64,000 nucleotides of DNA from Octopus vulgaris (GCA_951406725.2 OX597827.1:40734001-40798000); one strand, 5' to 3'; shown: positions 39,838-53,950, numbered from the stretch's first letter. Notes: generated by a model not told the origin, from the sequence alone. Program-made: numbers and translations.

Positions 39838-40739
39838 CGTGTGTCGTATATACGTAAGCAACGCACATCTTGAGTACAGCAATATTGATAAAACTATCTA
39901 ACTATACAATATAGATTTTTCAAAGACCCAGTGCAAAAAACAGCCGAGCTAACTCTTTGCTTTCATGGACGTCAATGATGTAATGTTGTCCTCAGTCGTA
40001 GAAATCAGCTGAGCAGCTGAAGTGAACAAGTGTTCTGACCAGACACACATACAGTAAGACGACCATCAACAAAGATTTAACTGACAGAGAGTATATAGAT
40101 TGTGTCGGGCTACGTAACTGAATAGCTATGTTGAAATGTGGAAATGCTGCATGATCTCGAATTTTAATTATTTATCGTAAATGTTTTTCTTTTTTTTTTT
40201 ATTTCATGTAGAAGTTATCATTAACTGTAATCTTTGAGAGTTAATCCAATTGGGTATTTATGTATGCATGTATGTGTGTGTGCGTTTGTGTGTGTGCGTG
40301 TATATGTATATACATATATATATATATATGTACATATATATGTCGACACACACACACACACACATATATATATATGTGCGTGTGTGTATGTATATGTATG
40401 TGTGTGTATATGTTTTGTGTCTGTGTTTGTCCCCTCAACATCGCTTGACAACCGATGGTGGTGTGTTTACGTCCCCGTGTGTGTGTGCGTGTGTGTGTAT
40501 GTATATGTGTGTGTGTGTCGTATATACGCAAGCAACACACATCTTGACGAGTACAGCAAAGAATAAGTCCTGGGGTCGATTTGCTCGACTAAAGGCGGTG
40601 CTCCAGCATGGCCGCAGTCAAATGACTGGAAAAGTAAAAGAGTAAAAGAGAGAGTAAAGAGTATATATATATATATGAATATACCTACACACACATACAC
40701 GCAAACGCACACACAGAAACACACACACATAGGTATATT

Positions 40740-40975
40740 CTTTTATTTCTTTCAGTCATTTGGCTGCTACCATGCTGGAGCACCACCTTAAACGGATTTA
40801 GTCGAAGAAATCGACCCCAAGACTTATTATTTGCAACCCTAGTACTTATTCAATCAATGTTTTTTTTTGCCGAACCGCTTCTGTACGGGAACGTAAACAC
40901 ACCAACATCGGTTGTCAAGCGATGTTCGGGGGACAAACTCAAACACAAAGACACACCTACATAAATATATGCATT

Positions 40976-41039
<64 letters not shown>

Positions 41040-41195
41040 AATATATATATATATATGACGGTCTTCTTTCAGTTTCCGTCTACCAAATCCACTCACAAGG
41101 CTTTGGTATAAGACACTTGCCCAAGGTGCCATGCTGCGGGACTGAAACCAGAAGCATGTGGTTGGGAACCAAGCTTCTTACCACACCCACGCCTG
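40740..41195 (-). mobile_element. SINE family A
   Basis: Tail, internal CA/TA tract and head recognisable. Confidence 0.8.
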
Positions 41196-41199
41196 TAAA

Positions 41200-41587
41200 C
41201 AAAATATTGAGGGAGGAAGATAGTCGATGACATCAACCCCAGTGTTCAACTGGTACTTATTTTATCGACCCGAAAGGTAAAAAAGCAAAATCGAACCCGG
41301 CGCAATTTGAATTCAGAATGTTAAAACGGATGAAATGCCGCTAAGCATGTTGCCCGGTGTGCTAACGATTCTGTTCTACTCTAGGCATAAGGTCCGAAAA
41401 TTTTGGAGACCGGGGAGCCAGTCGATTAGATCGTCCCCAGTACGCAACTGCTACTTAATTTATCGACCCCGAAAGGATGAAAGGCAAAGTCGACCTCGGC
41501 GGAATTTGAACTCAGAATGTAAAGACCGACAAAATGTCGCTAAGCATTTCGCCCGGTGTGCTAACGTTTTTGCCAGCTCACCGCCTT
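41200..41587 (-). mobile_element. Two tandem SINE family B copies
   Basis: Bodies at about 41250-41330 and 41445-41530; head ends at 41587. Confidence 0.8.
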
Positions 41588-41642
41588 GTATGCATAAAAT
41601 ATTAATAAAGAAATTCCTTTCTGAAATACAAACAGAAACGTA

Positions 41643-41656
41643 GAAAAAGAAAAAAA
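41643..41656 (-). terminator. Pol III oligo(T) terminator of the tRNA-Leu gene
   Basis: T7-C-T5 run beginning 13 nt downstream of the discriminator on the minus strand. Confidence 0.75.
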
Positions 41657-41669
41657 TAGGAATGCGATA

Positions 41670-41751
41670 TGGCAGCGGTGGGATTCGAACCCACGCCTCC
41701 GAAGAGACTGGTGCCTTAAACCAGCGCCTTAGACCGCTCGGCCACTCTACC
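41670..41751 (-). tRNA. trnL-AAG: tRNA-Leu (anticodon AAG), 82 nt
   Basis: GGTAGAGTGGCCGAGCGGTCTAAGGCGCTGGTTTAAGGCACCAGTCTCTTCGGAGGCGTGGGTTCGAATCCCACCGCTGCCA: cloverleaf with long variable arm, anticodon stem CTGGT/ACCAG, intact A and B boxes; A6:G67 mismatch in the acceptor stem. Confidence 0.95.
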
Positions 41752-41869
41752 TGTATACAGACAGCTTCATATAATAAAGTTAAATTATCATGTGAACGTG
41801 CGTTCGGTTATATGATAATGCTTTCACAAATAATAATTTTATATATTTTTCTATGCAGGTGTACTATTT

Positions 41870-42119
41870 CTGCGTGCTAACGATTCCTATTTCTTTACTA
41901 CCCACAAGGGGCTAAACATAGAGGGGCCAAACAAGGACAGACAAACGGATTAAGTCGATTATATCGACCCCAATACGTAACTGGTACTTAATTTATCGAC
42001 CTCGAAAGGATGAAAAGCAAAGTCGACCTCGGCAAATTTGAACTCAGAACGTAACGGCAGACGAAATACCGGTAAGCATTTCGTCCGGCGTGCGAACGTT
42101 TCTGCCAGCTCGCCACCTT
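41870..42119 (-). mobile_element. SINE family B
   Basis: Head, body and tail1. Confidence 0.85.
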
Positions 42120-42397
42120 AGTCAAACGAAATTTGAAAGATGAAGTTGTAAGATAAATTTTATTAAAGGTTTCAATTATTTCGAATAACACGAAGAAAAA
42201 TTCCATTGTAACTAATTATCTAATTAATTAATCAATTACTTAGTTTATCCATGAATTAATTTATCAAACACTTTACTCTCTGCCATTCTCATCAGACCTT
42301 AACGTTAATATGGTATTCAGCAAGGTTTTTAAATTCATACATTATTCCACCTACACATATATAGATATAGATATATACATAGATACATACATGCATA

Positions 42398-42498
<101 letters not shown>

Positions 42499-42643
42499 AC
42501 ACATGTATATATATATATATTTATATATATATATACATTTAAGTAATACTAAGTAATTAAGGGTTTAGCAACGATTTGCCTCACCACACACCGAATTTAT
42601 ACATTTATATATACACACACACACATACTTATACATATACATG

Positions 42644-42721
<78 letters not shown>

Positions 42722-43318
42722 ATAGGCGGTGCTCCAGCATGCCCGCAGTCAAATGACTTAAACAAATAAAAGAAAAAAAAAATTATATATATATATATAT
42801 AATAAACGTATAGAAATATATATATGGTATATACACACACATGTATATGTATGTATTTATCAATGTACATCAGTTTGTCTGTCTGTCTCTATCTTTCTAT
42901 ATGTGTGTATATATATATAGATATAGATCCTGCTCTTTCGCATCTAAAAATACCCCATTAAGGAAAGAGAAAGATGTCTGTTGTTGCTTTTGAACGTTGA
43001 AGACCACTTGCCGCACCGATTGTGCAACGCGAGTTCAAATAACGGCGAAACCTATTTATTAAGGAAAACAAAATGAGTTTGTCATTTTATCAAGTTATAC
43101 ATTTATTTTGCTTCGCATTTCAAATCAGTCCTCCTATGTCTGTTCTTACATAATCCCACAGGATGAAGTTCGAATTTGCTAAAAAAGTTTTCTTGTTTTC
43201 ACCCGATACAGACGTGAAACGAATATTTCTTGCCAGTCGGCACAACACTCCGTTAAAAACTTTAGCAGCAATTGATTTTTATTGACTTATTGGTAGACAG
43301 TTAGATTGGATAGATTGG

Positions 43319-43378
<60 letters not shown>

Positions 43379-43389
43379 TAGATAGATAA

Positions 43390-43435
<46 letters not shown>

Positions 43436-43518
43436 TCATATTATATATACAATATGATATATTACAATGATATAAATATATTTACATCATAAATACTATA
43501 TTGTATAATTACGTACAT

Positions 43519-43614
<96 letters not shown>

Positions 43615-43655
43615 TTTTATACAATATATATACATTATATACATATAGATGTAAG

Positions 43656-43687
<32 letters not shown>

Positions 43688-43795
43688 GAATTATCTCTAA
43701 TTCATATTTTATATTTTATATATTTATACTGTGAAATTTGATTTAATTCTAAATTGAATTTTTCCCAGTAAGTTTGGAGTTATACTCCCTAATAT

Positions 43796-43840
<45 letters not shown>

Positions 43841-43924
43841 TACATATGTATATATATATATGTGTGTGTGTTTATATATATATATATATATTATATATAT
43901 ATATGTATATGTATATATATGTAT

Positions 43925-43955
<31 letters not shown>

Positions 43956-44060
43956 CTAACACGTAACTTATCCTTAATGTCGGTATCTACGGACAATCGG
44001 TTTCATCGGACTGATGTTTCTCACTTTTAGTCCGCCGTACCGAATACATAAATACCTATA

Positions 44061-44168
<108 letters not shown>

Positions 44169-44223
44169 CACAATATTTACGCATATATGCATGCATATAT
44201 CTATACATTTATATAGATATATA

Positions 44224-44256
<33 letters not shown>

Positions 44257-44300
44257 GTATGTATTTATATATCATATATCTGTCTATATACTTGTGTATA

Positions 44301-44348
<48 letters not shown>

Positions 44349-44374
44349 TCTATCTATATCTATCTATATCTATC

Positions 44375-44406
<32 letters not shown>

Positions 44407-44483
44407 GTATTGTTGCGTGCATGTTACTCCGACGTAACGAAGTTCCTCATCTTAAGTACTTAATTCAACTGAATCTTAGCTCC

Positions 44484-44613
<130 letters not shown>

Positions 44614-44631
44614 CATACATACATACATACA

Positions 44632-44666
<35 letters not shown>

Positions 44667-45144
44667 TTCCAGCACTAACACCCTAGTCACACTCAGTTAA
44701 CGATTATAGCTTTCCTTTTTGGTGAAACATTGCACTTTGCTCTCGACTTTAAACAGATATATACATATGTATATGTACATTTATATGTGTATTTATAAAT
44801 ATACATACACACACACTCGAATATATACATATATATATATGTACACACACACAATATAAACACAGACCCATACACACGCACATGCACACACACACACACA
44901 CACACATGCACACACACACACGCACGCACACACCCACACGCACAGATAACATATATATGCATACATACATGAATAAGAAATATTGATTACAATCATATCT
45001 GTGCATAAGTGTTTAAAACTACACGTTTATGTATTTGTATATATTATTGTGAAATTGTGTGATATGGTTTTCTATGGGCATATCGTGTTTTGTTTTATGT
45101 GTTATGTTTCGTGCATGTGCTTTATGCTTTATATATTGGTGTTA

Positions 45145-45533
45145 TGCTCTTTTACTCTTTTACTCTTTTACTTGTTTCAGTCATTTTGACTGTGGTCATG
45201 CTGGAGCACCTCCTTTAGTCGAGCAAATCGACCCCAGGACTTATTCTTTGTAAGCCTAGTACTTATTCTATCGGTCTCCTTTTGCCGAACCGCTAAGTTA
45301 CGGGGGACGCAAACACACCAGCATCGGTTGTCAAGCGATGTTAGCGGGAGGGGGGACAAACACAGACACACAAACACACACACACATATATATATATACA
45401 CATATATACGACGGGCTTCTTTCAGTTTCCGTCTACTAAATCCACTCACAAGACTTCGGTCGGCCCGAGGCTATAGTAGAAGACACTTGCCCAAGGTGCC
45501 ACGCAGTGGGACTGAACCCAGAACCATGTGGTT
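45145..45533 (-). mobile_element. SINE family A, head truncated
   Basis: High similarity to other family A copies. Confidence 0.85.
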
Positions 45534-45762
45534 TTGCGTGTGGATAGCGCGCGCGCACGTAATTTTCTAAATTTTTTGTTACGATTTGTCATTCATTAAA
45601 CTACAATATTTTACATTTTATTCTTTGTATCAGGTACAAAAAATATTTAGGTAACGCACACACAAACTTACTCGCACACACTGATGCACATACTCATGTA
45701 CATACACACATGCTTATATATGTGTGTGTATGTATATATTATATATGTATATCATAGATATG

Positions 45763-46095
45763 TGAAGGCTCAGTGGTTAGAGCGTCGAGCTTACGATCGT
45801 GAGGTTGTGAGTTCGAATTATAGACCGGGCTGCGTGTTGTGTTCTTGAGCAAGACACTTTATTTCACGTTGCTCCAGTTCACTCAGCTGTAGAAATGAGT
45901 TGCGACATCACTGGTGCCAAGCTGTATCGGCCCCTTTGCCTTTCCCTGGGATAACATTGGTGGCGTGGAGAGGGGAGGCCGGTATGCATGGGCGACTGTT
46001 GGCCTTCTATAAACAAACTTGCCTGGACTTGTACCTGGGAGGGTAACTTTTTAGGTGCAATCCCATGGTCATTTATCACCGAAGGGGGTCTCAGC
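45763..46095 (+). mobile_element. SINE sharing family C head and CORE-like segment but with a different 3' tail
   Basis: Matches family C up to ...cactcagctg...aaatgagttg, then unrelated sequence (ggagaggggaggccgg...gtgcaatcccatggtc). Confidence 0.7.
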
Positions 46096-47035
46096 AGTAT
46101 ATATATGTGTATGTGCGCGCGTGTGTGTGTGCACAAGCAGTCATGGAAACACGCATGTTCATACGCGTACATTTACAGACATACCTACTAAATGCACGCA
46201 TACATACTAACGTACATGTATTACATACATTCATACCTTTCACGCATGAAAATATTTCGCTTCCTCTCCCCAGCTTTCTATCTAATTACGTGTGTGCATG
46301 TGTATGAATGCGAGTATGCATGCTTGTATTGCACACACACACACACACACACACACATGGTTATATAGGTATGCACCTATATATTTATATATATTGTCCT
46401 CTTTCCACACTGTTAGACAACTGGTATTGGCTTGTTTACATCCCATAGTTTAACAGCTGGATAAAGGGCAATAAGTTAGAGTAAGTACCGACCTTAAAAG
46501 TTAAGTATTCGAGTCGATTTGTACGGCTAAACCCCGTAAAGTAGTGTCCTTGTATGCCTGCATTCACACACATACACGCATGAATACGAACACCATACAT
46601 GCATACGGACAATTTTACTTATCATTGTACGGACAGTCAAGAAATGAAGAAAAAAGAATGGAAGGGGATCATTGAATACTGCTTTTCTTCAGACGATATA
46701 TAAACTGCAATGGCTATTGTTAGCGTAATAGCAACGACGACTTAACTGATGCTTTAAATTGAAACCTGCTCGAATTAGACAAGAGGGGGATCAGGGTTAT
46801 GTGATGCGTGCACATGTAATTTTCCTGCCAACAGGAAAGGAATTTTATATGCATTGCGATAAGTAATAATTGATCTACGCAGTTCTAAATTTGTATATAT
46901 TTAGTTATCTGTCTATTTATTTTTCCATTTATCTGTCTTCCATTTATATCTGGTGTAAATAACATGAAGTCGAGGATAAAAGAATAACGACCAAGTAGGG
47001 TGTATTAAAATGACGCTCAGAAAATTGTAAGAAGT

Positions 47036-47071
47036 CTTCAACGTTTCGAGCTTACGCTCTCCTACGGAAAG
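47036..47071 (-). ncRNA. Degenerate minimal hammerhead motif (A6U subfamily)
   Basis: Minus strand: cttt CCGTAGG a gagc-gtaa-gctc GAAAC GTT gaag; core mutated. Confidence 0.45.
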
Positions 47072-47136
47072 GATTGAAGAGTAGAGAGAAGAACAAGCGT
47101 ATCTCAATTATATATATATATACACGAACATACATT

Positions 47137-47142
<6 letters not shown>

Positions 47143-47231
<89 letters not shown>
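47143..47231. repeat. (TAA)n microsatellite
   Basis: About 29 perfect units. Confidence 0.95.
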
Positions 47232-47389
47232 GAGAGTATACGTAGTCTTTTTACTTATTATATATTGTTTATTCATTTTTGTACTTTTTGTGATCTAGTT
47301 ATATGTTTTAAATATATTTTATTTTTTATTTATGATTTGGCTTATGTCTATCATTGTTTGGATTGCATAATAGTGGTTTTTCTCTAATT

Positions 47390-47432
<43 letters not shown>

Positions 47433-48477
47433 GTACAAATAATGTATGAAAAGATTAAGTCAATGAATATTTATGCATGAAATTACTATTCAAAATATCA
47501 GAGGTGTATTTACTAATCAAATTATTTGATCTGAGACCGAGTATAGAAACTAAAACAATGTCTGCGCAGCAGATACATTTTAGCCATTCAGAAACACACA
47601 AAGGTCGTTAACTTCCCTAAGACACTTATAATTTGGTGTCGAAATTTTCGTCGCACCAACTGCGAGCGGGTCACTGATGCAATTCTACTGCTAATATGTC
47701 TTCCGCTTTATAATTGTAATTTTCAAAATGTCCGCCATAATTACGTAACAAATCATGATTATTTTAAAGTCCTACAAATACGTTTGCAGTTGAATTTTCT
47801 GTTACACCTTAGCCATCCTAGCCTGCATTTCTTTCCAAGCAGCGTTTATCATAGATCGGCGAGCTGGCAAAATCGTTAGCATATCGGGCGAAATGCTTAG
47901 AGGCATTTCATCCGTCTTTACGTTCTGATGTCAAATTCCACCGAAGCCTACTTTACCTGTCATCCTCTCGAAGTTGCTAAAATAAGTACCAGTTTAGTAC
48001 TGGGGTCGATGTGATCGACTTAACTACTCTTGAGTAAAAGTATACAAACTGCACCCCTCTGCCAAGCCATGTCGAGCCAATGTGGCAAATAGGCTCTGAT
48101 CTAAAGCTCGAATTCACGGCCTCCACATCAGACCGCGGTTGGTGGAGAGAACACGCTGAGGCCTTTGTCTTGTAATGGATTGAACAGAAGCAATCAAATC
48201 CAATCTAATCGTAGATTGATCCAGATTTCTCCTGGGTAAGGTTGCAGCGTGGATTAAAAGAGGACTGGCAAATTATCCTGTTTAATGAAATTAAAATTCT
48301 TTAAAATTTTTTAAACTTGTCCAGCGCCATGGTGAAGATGAAGGATTATATGGATGCGAACTTTATTCTGTTTCTCATTAATACAGAAAGGCGAGAGAGA
48401 ACACAGATTTCACTAACATTTTAGAACCAAAGTCTTTATCATTTGATCAAAAGATTGATTTTTTGTTGAATATTTTT

Positions 48478-48775
48478 TGTTCCTTCTCGAGCCATGCCTG
48501 ACTCATAGGGCCGGTTTCCCGGTTTCATTGGCGTATAGGTTCCCCACCTGGACGGGACGCCGGTCCGTCGCAGGTGAGCTTCAAGATGCAGGAGGAAAGA
48601 GTGAGAGAAAGTTGTGGCGAAGGAGTCAGCAGAAGTTCGCCATTACCTTCTGCCGGAGCCGCGTGGAGCTTAGGTGTTTCGCTCATAAACACACACATCA
48701 CTCGGTCTGAGATTCGAGCCCGCGAGCCCTCGACCGCGAGTCCGCTGCTCTAACCACTAGACCATGTGCCCCCAC
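48478..48775 (-). mobile_element. SINE family D (tRNA-derived head; CCTGCGACGGACCGGCGTCCCGTCCAGG domain)
   Basis: A box TGGTCTAGTGG and B-box-like GGCTCGAATCT; 3' domain resembles the cctgcgatggactggc...tccagg segment of widespread metazoan SINEs. Confidence 0.7.
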
Positions 48776-49024
48776 TTTAGTTGAATATACAGTAATCATT
48801 AAAGTCAGTATAGAAAAGGTTGAATTGACTGTTTAGTTTTATTTCATACACGAAATACAAGAATCGACCCCAGTATAGAATAGGAGATTTATTTATCGTC
48901 CCCGAATGGACTTCGCTGAGAATTGAACCCAGAATTACTGCAAAGTAATCTATCAGACGCGATAACAATTCTGTTAATTGCCCGTCTGACATATGTATGA
49001 ATGTGATAATGTATTTGTTTGTAG

Positions 49025-49069
<45 letters not shown>

Positions 49070-49158
49070 GTACGTATGTATGTATGTATGTATGTATGTA
49101 TGTATGTATGTATGTATGTATGTATGTATGTGCGTATGTATGTATGTATATATGTATG

Positions 49159-49232
<74 letters not shown>

Positions 49233-49466
49233 GTGAGTATTTGTGCATGTGCATGTGTTTGTGCGAGAATGTGTTCTGGTTTGAGCTGTTCGGAGTGGGT
49301 ATTGGGATGTAACATAGACAGAACTGTCTGTTTATAGACACTGTTTGTATATATTTATATGTTCGCGGGCGTGTGTATATACAAATTCAAAGCTAAAACA
49401 AATGTTGAATTATGTTGTATATACAGCAACGTTGTATATCTACCTCTCAATTAATCTAGATAGATC

Positions 49467-49524
<58 letters not shown>

Positions 49525-49685
49525 CGCGCTACGTGGACGCACACACACACACGCTCGCGCACACGCATAATTCGTTTTTAACGATGGAACTCGAAGCACA
49601 TAACACTATAAATAAAAGCGTGTAGAATACTGGATAAAGAAACACCATAAGGTGGAAAATTTTAGGGTTTCCCAAAGCATAAAAA

Positions 49686-49794
<109 letters not shown>

Positions 49795-50057
49795 GTATGT
49801 ATATATGTATGTAAATATATGTATGTATGTATGTATGTATGCATGTATGTATGTGTGTAAGTTAGTGTGTGTATGTGTGTTTGTCTTTGTGTTTGTCCCC
49901 CACCACCGCTTGACAACCGGTGTAGGCTTTTAAAAACTAAGCCCTGGGTATCGGGTCGTTCGACTAAAGCCCTCCAGATAAAAGGTAAAAGATATAATCT
50001 ACCATTCCATCAAATTTTACATCACCCTCTTTAGCTATACTTATATCTACTTAAGTG

Positions 50058-50376
50058 AGGGCGTGTGGCTTAGTGGTTAGGGCATTCGGCTCATGATCGT
50101 AAGGTTGTGAGTTCGATTCCCGGCGACGCGTTGTGTCCTTGAGCAAGACACTTTATTTCCCGTTGCTCCAGTCCACTCAGCTGGCAAAAATGAGTTGTAC
50201 TTGTATTTCAAAGGGTCAGCCTTGTCACTCTCTGTGTCACGCTGATTATCCCCGAGAACTACGTTAAGGATACACGTGTCTGTGGAATGCTCAGCCATTT
50301 GCACGTTAATTTCACGAGCAAGCTGTTCCGTTGATCGTATCAGCTGGGACCCTCGTCGTCGTAACCGGCGGAGTCT
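50058..50376 (+). mobile_element. SINE family C, full length
   Basis: A box TGGCTTAGTGG, B box GAGTTCGATTCCC and CORE-like segment. Confidence 0.9.
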
Positions 50377-50547
50377 TTAATATCTACTTATATGTCCAAT
50401 CGCTATTTATCGAACGGCATTGTGATGAACCAGCTCTAGCGAAACTTCGAGGAAATTATAAAAGTTGTTATAATAAATATTTTGCTCCTTGTCTTATATT
50501 GAGTTCTTTATTCAGTCGCGATTTAAGAACACCACCACCACCACCAG

Positions 50548-50802
50548 AACGTAGCGGCTGATGAAATACATTTTTCTTTACTACCCACAAGGGGCTAAAT
50601 ACAGAGAGGACAAACAAGGACAGGCAAACAGATTAAGTCGATTATATCGACCCCAGTGCGTAACTGGTACTTATTTAATCGACCCCCGAAAGGATGAAAA
50701 GCAAAGTCGACCTCGGCGGAATTTGAACTCAGAACGTAACCGCAGACGAAATGCCACTAAGCATTTCGCCCGGCGTGCTAACGTTTCTACCAGCTCGCCG
50801 CC

Positions 50803-50855
<53 letters not shown>

Positions 50856-51068
50856 CCTTTCTACTATAAGCATACGGCTTGAAATTTGAGAGAGGGGAAC
50901 AGTCGATTACATTGGCCCCAGTACTCAATTGGTACTTCATTTATCGACCCCGAAAGGATGAAAGGCAAAGTCGACCTCGGCGGAATTTGAACTCAGAACG
51001 TAGCGGCTAACGAAATACGGCTAAGCATTTCGCCCGGTGTGCTAACGTGTCTGCCTACTCGCCGCCTT
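50548..51068 (-). mobile_element. Two SINE family B copies separated by (TAA)n
   Basis: Heads end at 50804 and 51068, each abutting (TAA)n. Confidence 0.85.
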
Positions 51069-51092
51069 AATAATAATAATATTAATAATAAT

Positions 51093-51130
<38 letters not shown>

Positions 51131-51174
51131 CTACAACGACAACTACTACTACAACAACAACAACAACAACAACA

Positions 51175-51234
<60 letters not shown>

Positions 51235-51625
51235 GTGGTCTCAAAGTTTGGTACGTGGCCAGAAAGTTCTGGAAAAGTAAGTCGATTATATCGACCCCAG
51301 TGCTCAAATGGTACTTTTTTTATTGGTCCCGAAAGGACGAAAGTTGACCACGGAGGAATGTGACCACGGAGAATGTAAAGAGCCGGAAGAAAAGCGGCTA
51401 AACAGTTTGTCCAGCAATGATAATAATAGTTATTCCTGATTTAAGCGCAAGGCCAGCAATTTTAAGGAGAAAGTTCTATCGGAGGAATTTGAACTCAGAA
51501 TGTAAAGACGGGCGAAAATAATAATATCTGATTTCGGCATAAGACTAGCAATTTTAAGAAGAGGGTTAAATCGATATCGTTGATCTCTGTACTGACTGGT
51601 ACAAGTGAGTTGTATACAGTCGGCT

Positions 51626-51720
51626 AATCTTGGCCTGAAGAGTAGCCGGCGGTATACACCTCGCTTGGATTCTACCACTTCTGAGGTTCCACTCGCTATG
51701 AAACGTATGTAGCCTGGATT
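51626..51720 (+). ncRNA. Type I hammerhead ribozyme, canonical core
   Basis: aatcttggc CTGAAGA gtagc...gctat GAAA cgtat GTA gcctggatt: 9-bp helix I with one mismatch, long helix II, GUA triplet (predicted cut after 51711). Confidence 0.82.
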
Positions 51721-51915
51721 CTTCCTACTCCATTCCGTAACTCATGTATTCTTTTTCGCACACTCAGCAACCCTGGTCGCCTAAAGAAAAATAATCCGCA
51801 TTTTTCCGTCTCAGTACACCACTGTTGTTCCTGATAGTTGTTTTATTTTTAATATTTACAACGGATTGCTCGAAGCTAACTTTCTTCCTACACCTCGATC
51901 CCTGGATCTTACATT

Positions 51916-51966
<51 letters not shown>

Positions 51967-52111
51967 ATGTAAATATATTTATATATGTATTTATATATGT
52001 ATATGTATATATATATATGTGTGTGTGTGTGTATATATTTATATATATGTATGTATTTATAAATATATATATGCATGTATATATATGTGTGTGTATATAT
52101 ATATATACAAA

Positions 52112-52300
52112 ATGTGACCGCGTGTGTACCGTTGGCGATTTTTTTCCCCCTGTCTTCCCTTCTTTGGATCTTTCTTTCTCCTATGTTTCCGCTCGAAATG
52201 TTAAACCCTCCTTCTTTCCTTCTTTCCTGAGCGTCCAATAATACTATATTTGTTCCACGTCCTCGCGTTGTTGTGTTTTTTTGTGCTTTCATGTTTGGAT

Positions 52301-52306
<6 letters not shown>
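52112..52306 (+). mobile_element. ~190-bp (TA)n-docked unit, same family as 17366-17784, hammerhead 5' core deleted
   Basis: gtgaccgcgtgtgtaccgttggcga...catgtttggattaac followed by (TA)n. Confidence 0.8.
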
Positions 52307-52371
<65 letters not shown>

Positions 52372-52397
52372 ATATATGCATATATACATAGACATAC

Positions 52398-52527
<130 letters not shown>

Positions 52528-53775
52528 TCACACTTACATTGATATATTAGCAGTGATACGTGTTGATATTAGCATATATTTATGTGTTTGCGTCTGTGTG
52601 TGTTGATATTGGTATATATTTATATGTGTGTTAACATCCTGAAGACAGCCCTAATAAAAGATAGGCTGTCAGGGACCGAAGGGGAGAAGAAAATAATCAA
52701 GGGAATGACAAATGTTGCTAATAAAGTAACCCCCAGGTGCTTTGGGTGGGACACAAACAAGGGTCCACCCTGCTGACCCTTACCTCTCAAACTAGACACA
52801 CAAACATTGCTAGATAGGAAAGACATACGTACGCATGTTTTACTATAAACACCTTCTTATGTATTTTATACACACTTGTTGGTTTATATTTTACTTGGTT
52901 GACACTTGTGTATACATGGAGTGAAGAACAAATGTATACACACTGAAGGGATTTTTTTTCCGTTTTTATATTTTAGTTGATAAAGACGTATATATATACA
53001 CACACAAAGAAACATACGCACTCGTAGGCATACGCATGTGCATACACTTTGGCCCTCATATATATACACGCTTGCATATACTTTGTTAATGACAGATGAA
53101 TACATACACATATATACACACACATGTTTACACAAATTTCCAATTATTCAAAATACACACACATACGTAGAACATATATCTCTCTTGCTCTCCCTTATTC
53201 TCTTGCTCTCCCTTTCTCTCTCCCTCTCCTTTTCTCTCTCTTTTATACACACACACGGACTGATGCACGCATACACATACAACTTTTTATACATATGCGT
53301 GTTTCTCAAAGATTCGTGATGGACAAGCAGTGACATGGGCACACACTCACGTAAGAACATACATACACATGCATACAAATGCCTTTACACACTCAAGCGG
53401 GCGCAGATTCACGCGTGCACGCACGCATGGATCACGATTACTCAACCAGGAACACATAACAGCATATATTTGTGTGTGTGCGCGCGGGTGTGTATATCCA
53501 TGTGTATGTGTGTGTGTGTGTATAAATAAGAATATTAGTGATAGTGACTGCGAAGTTTCGACCAGTTAAACCATTGTCGGACTGCGTTGCTTGAACTTAA
53601 TCTTGCCTTTGTACAGACGTATGTGTATGCATGTCTGTGTGTGTGTGTATGTGTGTGTGTATGTGTGTGTGTGTTTATATATGTACATATATACACATAT
53701 ATATATATATACGTTGGACCACTGAACTCAATTCGTTTTTTTTTTCATTCTCTGCCTATTTGTTTGCTCTTATTC

Positions 53776-53811
53776 CTTTCTGTTGAAGAGCGTATGCTCG
53801 AAACGTAAAAG
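53776..53811 (+). ncRNA. Minimal type I hammerhead-like motif, A6U core variant
   Basis: cttt CTGTTGA a gagc-gtat-gctc GAAAC GTA aaag; all helices perfectly paired. Confidence 0.65.
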
Positions 53812-53907
53812 ACCTTTCCGTTTTTCCAGAGCATCAAACTAATACACTTGCTTGTTGTTCTTGTTGTTCCTACACTTGTCTTCGTTTTTGTTTTTCTATA
53901 GATTTGT

Positions 53908-53950
<43 letters not shown>

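Noticed and set aside
39971-40040. Possible C/D box snoRNA (ATGATG...CTGA)
   Set aside because: Box C is imperfect and the best recalled rRNA complementarity is only about 8 nt; not supportable without a snoscan-type search.
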